From positions 1 to 44,017 of the forward strand of contig JAXLNO010000034.1 in assembly GCA_038087875.1 (NCBI GenBank): DNA of 44,017 nt, written 5' to 3'. The translations under genes were made by a program, and so were the position numbers. This stretch comes from Malacoraja senta (Eukaryota). This document shows, piece by piece, positions 35,301 through 44,017 of the stretch (positions are counted from its first letter, which is position 1; each line of letters opens with the position of its first letter). Below the pieces are notes generated by a model. It was given only the letters and a program-made list of their open reading frames with translations. It was not told the DNA's origin and searched no databases.

Positions 35301-36165
35301 CCCAACTATATCATAGTCATTAATAGCTATCTGCACATTCAACACATCCACCTTATTACGAATGGTCCTTGCATTGAGACACAAAGCCTTCAGGCTTGTT
35401 TTCACAACACTCTTACCCCTTATACAATTATGTTGAAAAATAGCCATTTTTGATTTTTGCCCTGGATTTGTCTGCCTACCACTTTTACTTTTCACCTTGC
35501 TACCTATTGCTTCTACCCTCATTTTACACCCCTCTGTCTCTCTGCTCACACATTTAAGAAACCCACCACCTCTTATTCTCTGTTTATTATCTTTTTCTTC
35601 TTTCCCCCCTACATGTTGGGTCTGAGTGCTTCCCTTCTCTGCCTCCTGCCTCACACCCTGTCTACTAGTTTTCTCTATTTGAGTCCCTCCCACCAACCGT
35701 TCTAGTTTAAAGTCTCCCCAGGAGCCTTTGCAAATCTCCCCGCCAGGATATTGGTCCCCCTCAGGTTCAAGTGCAACCCATCCTTTTTGTACAGGTCGAA
35801 CCTTCCACAAAAGAGGTTCCAATGATCCAGAAACTTGAATCCCTGCCCTCTGCACCAGTCCTTCAGCCACGCATTTATCCTCCACCTCGCTCCATTCCTA
35901 CTCTCACTGTCGCGTGGCACAGGCAGTAATCCTGAGATTGTTAACTTTGCGGTCCTTTTCCTTAACTCTCTTCCTAACTCCCTAAATTCTCCTTTCAGGA
36001 CCTCTTCCATTTTTCTACCTATGTCATTGGTACCTATATGTACCACAACCTCGGGCTCCTCTCCCTCCCATTTCAGGATATCTTGGACAAGTTCAGACAC
36101 ATCCCAGACCCTGGCACCAGGGAGGCAAACTACCATCCGGGTCTCCCGACTGCGTCCACAGAACC
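32316..36165 (-). mobile_element. Near-full-length CR1 LINE: ORF1 SGNH esterase domain, ORF2 APE endonuclease and RT (internally deleted), 3' UTR
   Basis: ORF1 35702-36165: VCLPGARV, VVVHIGTND, DGLHLN. Endonuclease: CLNARTIRNK, VGITETWL, GVVYRPP, MGDFN, SDHN. The RT core is deleted between DKGEQ and ADDTKL near 33240. (TTTCTATG)n tail. Confidence 0.96.
34360..34807 (-). mobile_element. Penelope-like element fragment inserted into the CR1 endonuclease region
   Basis: Minus-strand frame reads HLIFRLGSLHPGGLNIEFSN, resembling the GIY-YIG C-terminus, followed by the 'gatgctgctgcatccgctgagtttctccagcatttttgtgtac' terminus. Flanked by the direct repeat caagcctgc. Confidence 0.75.
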
Positions 36166-36964
36166 CTTGTTGCGGTATGGCTCCTGACAACGGTCCACAT
36201 TTTCCAGAGGTTTACTATTCACCTTAATTGACAACAGCCGGTGTTACACAGGCAACAAAAGTTTGGTATAGAACCTTGGATCTCTGTGTATGAAATGTGA
36301 GGCTTATTCTCTCCTGTGCTTCAGTGAATAAATCAATAATGTTTTGGATCTAGGCTTCTAGCGGGATGTTTAAGTTAGCATGGCAGGTGCAGCTCAATGA
36401 AAGAGAGTTGGTTCCGGAGTGGAATGACATGGGTCAATAATCTCCTATATGTCTTGTAGATCAGTGTGACTTAACCAGGAAGCTTGTTATAGATGAGGTG
36501 CGGTATTGCAGCAAGAACACCTTGTGAATTGTGAAGGCCTTCCTTGACACCAGTGTGTGCTGTGATTGGTTTACTATGCATCCCCTGGTTAAGATCAAGG
36601 CTTACAAGCCATCATGAAGCAGACACAAGATAGAGACAGGTTTCTGCAGGCAGTCAAATTTGGGAAGGATGTCCCCAATTCTTCACTAATAAAGTCATAG
36701 GCTTTTATGTAGTCAAGAAAATCTTTGCACAGTGGTTTTGTGCTGCTCTGAGCATTATTCTCAGAGTTGACATGGGGAGAAGAGAATGTCCACTACACCT
36801 CTGGGTGGATGGAATCCACATTGTAAATAGGGGAGCAGCTCTTTAGCAACACAAGGAACAAGTTGAGAAGCAGCCTGATGATGGTGATGTTCCCTGTGTC
36901 AGATAGTCAGATTTGTCTCCTTTCTTGAAGAAGGTTCACATATTTTGTGAAATTAAGGAATGTC

Positions 36965-37252
36965 AGTATATGAACAGTATGAACACGTTTATTGACCAAG
37001 TATGCACACATACAAGGAATTTGCCTTGGTGCTCCACTCGCAAGTAACAACACGACATACAATAACAATTAACACATAAAATATTACACATTAATAATAA
37101 AACATTATAGTTTAAACATGTGAATGAAATAAAATACCAAAGCACAAGGAGGCTACAGACTTTTGGTTATTGAGTAGAGCTACTACTCGTGGAAAAAAGC
37201 TGTTTTTATGTCTGGCTGTGGCGGCTTTGACAGTCCGGAGTCGCCTTCCAGT
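36965..37252 (-). mobile_element. Rex/L2-like LINE 3' end
   Basis: Minus strand: 'ggaaggcgactccggactgtcaaagccgccacagccagacataaaaacagc...aaattccttgtatgtgtgcatacttggtcaataaac'. Confidence 0.65.
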
Positions 37253-37713
37253 GGTTATACGTTGCAATTTTACAAACATCAAACAAATTTAGATTTTATT
37301 TGTGCCACTCTGAACCAAAGATGCAAACAAATCAATCAACTTTTACTAATTCTAAGAGTTTACATTTACAAATAAATAGCTTTGAATAGTGTAATGAACA
37401 AAATTAGCATTTTGATACCCTCAGTTTAATTTTGGAGATACAACTTAAAATACAATTCAATTGTTAATACAAAATAATCGGCACTCCTGTTTGGAAAATG
37501 AAATTTTTTGTCCACAATGTCAAATTGTAACAACAATTCACATTTTGTTTAAAGGGCTTAACTTGCTCATGGGCTAATGGAACCTGATATTTGAAGTATT
37601 TATTTTCATGTAATTTTGGATTCTAAAGGCTGAGCATTTATTTTTCCTATGTTCCATTGATAAGTACAACAATATTTCCAACTATAAAAGATCATTTCCT
37701 TCACATTAATCAC

Positions 37714-40700
37714 TCAATCTTTTCTTTTATTTGATATGTTTGAATGGATTGGTTTGTGGCTGTCACAAAATTGTTCTTTCTCAGAATTCATTGGTACATC
37801 ATTTCTGTTGACATTCTCCGAAGGCATGACTAAATGTGTAATGTCATTTTCCAATAAAGGAATCGTAATATTATTATTGGCTGTGCTCATTCTTCCACCA
37901 AGAAGGTATGAATCAGTCTGTCTACTTGAAGTATCTTCCACGTCCTGTGCTTGGACTAACAAGCCGTTAATTCTTTCTTTGATGGCTTTCATATTATTTA
38001 GCATCTCTTGTTTCATGAACCATTGTTCTACTATGTTTTTTATATACTTTTTCTTAGCCTCAAAAATGACATTGGAAAGAAGGGGTTTACCTTGATGTTT
38101 GAATTCTGTTTTGTCTGTGTGCAAAAGTAGTTTTAATAGTTTATTATCAGCTGCCAAATATTTTGCATTAAGACACAATTTAACTCCACTAATGTCATTA
38201 TGAATACTTGGAGTTTTAAACCACTTGTGCATGTCACTGATAATGCTGTCAATTAATCCTGTGCAGGTTCCACTTTCTGTCAGTAAGCCATTGTATTTCC
38301 TGAAGGTATAACTATTTTCTGCATTATCTAGAGAAGGTGCCCATTGATTTTCTGGATCTGACTGTTTCTGATATACAAACCTTCTGCTTTCCTCATTGCT
38401 CGATTCGATGATAGCGGTCAGAATTGGGCAGTTTTGGCCGCATAGCAAATGAAATTTATCCAGAGAGTCTGGATTTTGAAGGTTTCTGTTTCTGCTGGCA
38501 ACTTCTACAGGTCCCTGCCCTGCAACTGTCCCATCAGGTAATGGCTGCGCCAGAGGACTAACTTTGTTATCAAACATATGAAATCCCACTGATGCAAAAG
38601 GTAAATCACAGTCATCAACGGAAGTCAATTGTGTAGAGTGAACAAACATTCTAGCTAATTGTTTTCCACTTTCTTTCTTTACAGTAAGATTTGAACCACT
38701 ATATGCATGGTCTTGCTTACTTTTAAGACTGATTTGGTCTGAAAATGGTTCTGAATCACTTGCATGAGGCATGCTGAAATAATTGCATGTGGTACCTGGT
38801 TTTACTATTTCCTCAATTTCTGAGGATGACAGCTCAGACAGTGGAGGAGCTAAATGTACAGCACTAACATGTTGGTGTGCAGTATCGTCACTTGTGTTGT
38901 CACATGTGGTGTCAACTGATGTTGCGTCCAGAGTTCCATACATTCCAAGATTTAAAGGTGGAGACTTCCTTATTAAGTGGTTTTCTTTGAGTAGCCATCT
39001 CCCTTTCTCAATCAACACTCCTTCTTCTTCAGAGTGTGAATTGTTGTTTTGGGAGCTTTTAAATGTTTGGCCCTTTTCTAGGCCAAACGTATTTAATGGT
39101 TCGTTTTTAACACTACAAGTTATTTCAACCCTTGATTTGTCATTACACAATGGAGATTGGTCACAAGTATGGTGTTTTGATCCGACGTGCGATTTGCCAT
39201 AGAGTTTCTCAGTGGCTTTTCTAACAAAGTTTGCAGAGAAATGCTTTGATTTTACAAAGGTATCTTCTCTCCCTCGGTGGTCATTTCGTTTGAAGCCTGC
39301 GAATTGTAATCACTTGCAATACTGTTAATACTTGTTTGGTCTCCTTCAGATAAATCGTATGTCTGCTGCCTTTGTAAAGATTGTTTGACATCATGATTTG
39401 ATGGTACAGAAGGGCAGCAAGGCAGTAATTCCATGTTTTGGCTTTACCTTCAAAATATAAGTTCTCAGAGGTTTTGTTTGCCTGCTGCTTACCTTCAGGT
39501 TTATTTTCAATATCACTGTTAAACAATACAGAAACAGATGCTGGCAATTTTCTAACATGTATTTCACTACTGTTATTTTTTCCCATATGTTCCCCTGACA
39601 AAAGTTATTTCCGTGTTTTGGTTCAGACTTAGCATTTGCCAAAAGCGACTCATGATCCATAATCCTTTGAAGAGAGATCTTAGTTTGTGGATGCATTGTA
39701 TCCAAAACTGCTAACATTTCATCTGGACTTGCTGTGACGTTGCCATATGTAATCTGATCATTAGCTTCAATAGCTCTCGGGCATGTTGGGTCTCCATTTT
39801 CATTATTTTGCATTTTGTTGCCAATGACTTCCCTGTGTTCAGTTAATAGTCTCGGTCTTCAGAAGCTCATGTTGTTGCAAAATTGTAACTTTTTTCTCAC
39901 TCCATTCTGTGTTCTTTGCCATCGTGTTTTTCAAGGGTACTTTCATTTTGACAAATGGAGTTACTTGTTAGTTGATCTTCTAAAATGTGTGCAGAAATTA
40001 AATTGTCTTTAAAACTGAGTAATCCAAAGTCTTTGCTGCCTATTTCTTTCACAGCTTCATTTTTGCCTTCTTCATTTGGATGGGTACTAACATTCATGTT
40101 AACTTCACTCCTTGTTTCATTTGCACACAGCTGCTCAATTACATTGAGTATATCAAGATCATTTTCCTTGTCAAAAAACAGCTTAACTGTGGAGGACTAG
40201 ATAAAGCAGACTGTTTATCAGCAGAAGTTTCAGGCTGTAGAGGACATTCATTTTTTGGATCATTGCAACAGACATAGGTTGATTCTTCTTTATATTCATT
40301 TGTCCGCAACTTTACTAATTGTGAGACCCACTTCTGCAGTTCTGAAATGTGTTGTTTTGAATCATTAGTTTTCTGAAGTTGACAACATTCCTTACCAATT
40401 CTAAGAATGTTAACACCTCAGAACAGCTACAATTAGCCATCAGTGCAGACTCAGCGTCAGGTGGGACTGATATATCTAGGTTGATAACTGCTAACCAGGC
40501 AAGGAGGACCTTTGAAGATGTGCTCAGTGTGGTGGCAAGATGCTCCAACACATCTGGCATTCCATAAGCTTTCTCTGGATGTAATTTCTGTCCATGATGG
40601 GAAATATTCTTGAATTTATCTACTGTTGACTGAAGCATGCACAACACCTGCCTTAGGTCCTGTTCTTCAATGGAGTTTCCCTCATCAGCTGTTTCGAAAA

Positions 40701-43536
40701 GTACTCCAGTATCAACTTGAATTGCAATCTCATTAGTTTCTTTTTTTAATTCACTGATATTACTTTCCATTTTGATCACTTCTGTAACAGATTGGCACCC
40801 ACTCTCATTTGAGATGGGTGCATGTTTAATTTCTCGCTCAACAACATCCAGTTGGCTTTGTAATAAATAATCATGCCTGCAGTCTTCTGGCACTTTGTGC
40901 ATTTTTCTCACATTGCAAATAATTGTCTCCACTACTTGTTTAAATTTGTGTTTCATTGTATCATTTGTTTCAGTTCCATTTCTTTCAAATTGATTAATGG
41001 TCTCAGAATTGTTATCACACAAGTTATTTGTTTCTTTTATAATGTTACTTGTTGAATTATTGTTTGCCCTTTCCTCGGCAAATAATGTTGATGGGGAAGA
41101 GCCAAGATTTTTTTCATAGTGCATTAAATCGGAAGTGGGTGATATGCTTTTTACCACATTTTGCTCCAAATTTTGACTTGAGGGAATATCCATCTTACGT
41201 AATTCCTGATTTTGCTTTATTAATGTAGAAAAAAGCATCGTATTTTTGAGCATCCTCTTTGAGATCTTTAACTGCAGGTATATTAAGTATTTTGCTGCTG
41301 CTCTTCGCCACATGTTTCAATTTTTTCCTAATAGGCTTAAAAGAACATAGCTGGATGGCACTTTCATTTGAACTACCATTAGCACTTGCAATTTGCAAAT
41401 CTACAGTTAAAGTAGATTCAGTGTCAAATTTTATCATGGTTGAGGGATTCAACTTAAATGCATCCTCGGTTGTAATTGAATTGCACTGATCTTCCTCATG
41501 GACTTGATTTAATTGTTTTGTGTAGGATATCACTAAAGTGGTATCTTCATGCTTAGAAATAATATCTTGGAAAATGTTGGTTGTAAATACCTTTTCTGGC
41601 ATGAAGGATGTTACATTGCTTCTGCAGATGGTGATAAAATGTTGATCTTCCATTCCTTTTTGTCTATTTTCAGGTGACTCTGGGCTATTAATTATTTTAT
41701 CGGATGAACAAGCTACTGGTACTTGAGACGGATTACAGTTAGTTTCTTCTTTAGCAGATATCAAGTCAGTTAAGTAATGAGATATAGAACCATCATAACC
41801 ACTTCCAATGCAAAATGTCTCTTTGCTTTCAACAGACATCTCAATAGCATTACTTTCAATACTTTCACATTCAATTGTCATGTCATTTACTTCTGCCAGC
41901 TCATGACCACCATTATGAATGGTACAATTATCATTGAGAACATCATTATTTTCATGTCGGCATAATAATTGAAATGTTGGTGAACTACTGTCATATTCTG
42001 GGTGTAAATTTGTATTCCCACTTGAATCTTTTCTGGAGTTCTGCTTGTCCAAATCAGAGATAGCACAGCTTGAATCTTCAATTTTGCAAAAGACCCCTTC
42101 ATCATTTGAACATGATGAATCATTTGAATCTGCATTCATTGGCAATTTTACCTCATTATCAATTTCAGTGCAGTTTTGATACCTCGCATTAGAATTTAGT
42201 AAACACATTGAAAGGCTGCTAACATTTTTCAAGAATATAGACATTTGGGCCTCACAGAATCCAGAACTGTATGTACAACTGGTGTTTCCATCTTTTATTT
42301 GCTTCCTTTCTGTGGACGTGAGTGAATAGATCACTCCAGTGGACAAGGTACTTGTTTCATGATAAACTGGCATGGATGCTCTAGAATATTGAAATGATGC
42401 ACTCATTGGTCTTCTATCTATTTTTCTCTGCTTTGACATAGAATATGTTGGATCTCCTGAAGAAGGTCTCGAGTATAACTTTTCAAAATTAATTTCCGAA
42501 TCAACACATCTGTTTCTTACCCAATATTCTGATAAATCATTTGCTGCACTTGTTCTTTTATTGACAGAGTTGATCATTGTTGGTGCATCTAAGTGACCAT
42601 CAAAGAATTGTTGTGAAGATCTTGATGAAGAGTCTTTCCCAACAAAAGAGGTACTTTTCTCTTGGATTGTTTTCTCTTTTTCTTTGAGTATTTACATTAA
42701 TCTCTCCTTTGCAGATAAATCATCAGAAGCTGCATCTCTAATTCTTTTAAAGTTTTTTTTTCATTAGGTATTGAAAAAAGTTCATTATTATGCTTCATGA
42801 CGAACTCTCTAAATCCTGTCTCCTCTTGATTTGGAAACTGAATTATCTTTCCACTATTTTGAGTGTCACACTTTGCAGTTAAGCTTTTGCCAGAAACTAC
42901 ACCCTGCTTTACCGATCTAAATCTGGATTCCCTTTATAAAGAAAGGGTTCTACTGCTGAATCAAGATGTTCTTCAGTGTTTGAAAAATTGTTTTGCCAGA
43001 TGTCATCATTTCCCTTTTCTCAATTTCTACATCTATTGCAAATGTTGGTGCTGTACAAGGATCATCAAACACTTCCTCAGTACCCAGGTCTTCAAATTGC
43101 ATTCTTTCAGATTGATAATGAGACTGCGCATGAACAAAGTCCCTTGTTTTCACAGTAGATTCCAGATTTGAATTGCAGCCATTGCTTTTTTCGTCATGTA
43201 CACCTGAAGCACTAATTGTGGTTGTCCATTCTATTATCTCTTCCTCCTTTATGCAAAGGTGGCACTTTCATTTCTACTGTCACACTGCCATCTTCATTGA
43301 CATAACTAGATTTCTCAATGTCATCTTCTGATGGCATTGCTGAGTTATCTTCTCTTGCACAGATACAATTCTCGCAGGACCTTGGTCATCTTTGCTTACA
43401 GAAAAACTAGCTCCAAAAGAGTTGTTTCTGTCATTTATGCTTAATATATCAGATGGTGTGGAATAAGCCTGAGGCCTTGAACTAGAAGGAGATACAGAGT
43501 TAATCATCCACTGTCTTCTTCCTGACTTATTCTTAT
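37714..43536 (-). CDS. RP1: RP1 large canonical terminal exon (human exon 4 equivalent), with the reading frame disrupted at 10 or more sites in this sequence
   Basis: Acceptor ctatag|AT at 43537 (phase 1). Ordered RP1 motifs: SSSRPQAYS, PSEDDIEKS..NEDGSVTVEMKV, IKEEEIIEWTTTIS, EIAIQVD, KVLLAWLAVINL, FVRKATEKLYGK, EEGVLIEKGRWLLKENHL, ELSSSEIEE, CNYFSMPHASDSEPF, DSLDKFHLLCGQNCPILTAII. Stop TGA at 37714-37716; AATAAA on the minus strand at about 37642 and 37604. The DCX-domain exons are expected beyond the window's right end. Confidence 0.9.
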
Positions 43537-43842
43537 CTATAGACAAAGGAGTTGAAGTAAAGATGATGACTGGTGATCCGAGTGCCAAATCACATCAGAG
43601 ACAGGTGGGAAAAAAATAGGAAAAGAAGGGAAACAGAAAAGGTAAAAAATAATAAGAAATGCCAGCAAAGAAAGTAATGTAACAAAGATATAACGTTGAA
43701 ATATCAATTTACTGTTTAAATGAAAAACATAAGGCATAACAGAAGACAGAATATCAGCATATGGAGTGATTTTATTAATTTACAGAAAACAAGACGATGG
43801 TGAATCAATATCAATTAAGATTCAATTTTCACATGTAAAGTT

Positions 43843-44017
43843 ATATAGAACATCAAACACAGGAACAAGTCCTTCAGCCCACAATGTCTGTACCGAACAT
43901 GAAACCAAGACCAACCCTTATTTGCCTAAATATAATCTATATCACTGCAAATCCATTCAAAAGTATCTTAAATGCCACTAACGCATCTGCCTCCAGCACC
44001 ATCCCTGGCAACTCATT
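43843..44017 (-). mobile_element. 3' end of a CR1/HER1-type LINE
   Basis: 'atagaacatcaaacacaggaacaagtccttcagcccacaatgtctgt...catctgcctccagcaccatccctggca' is the reverse complement of a HER1-like terminus. Confidence 0.65.

Noticed and set aside
34569..35885. 438-aa ORF as a novel gene
   Set aside because: It is the CR1 ORF2 endonuclease reading into an inserted Penelope-like fragment.

Overview
Vertebrate genomic DNA. The repeat content (CR1/HER1-type LINEs, HE1-like SINEs, Penelope-derived hairpins) points to a cartilaginous fish, probably a skate or ray; this is an inference. Most of the window is the 3' part of RP1 (oxygen-regulated protein 1) on the minus strand. It contains the large canonical terminal exon (37714-43536), recognised by several conserved RP1 motifs but broken by at least 10 frameshifts or stops. 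Nine small, intact, phase-compatible exons (19591 down to 4494) encode two PLAT/LH2 domains and the start of a beta-trefoil-like region, i.e. the alternative long RP1 isoform. About 2.6 kb further down the same strand is exon 1 of a TDP2-like gene (UBA-like N-terminus), with a nested pair of non-autonomous Helitrons just upstream of it. The introns are filled with CR1, Rex1/Babar, L1, RTE and Penelope-type fragments, SINEs and a TIR-bounded element carrying a regularly spaced repeat array. All protein and repeat-family identifications come from my recall of known sequences; no searches were run.
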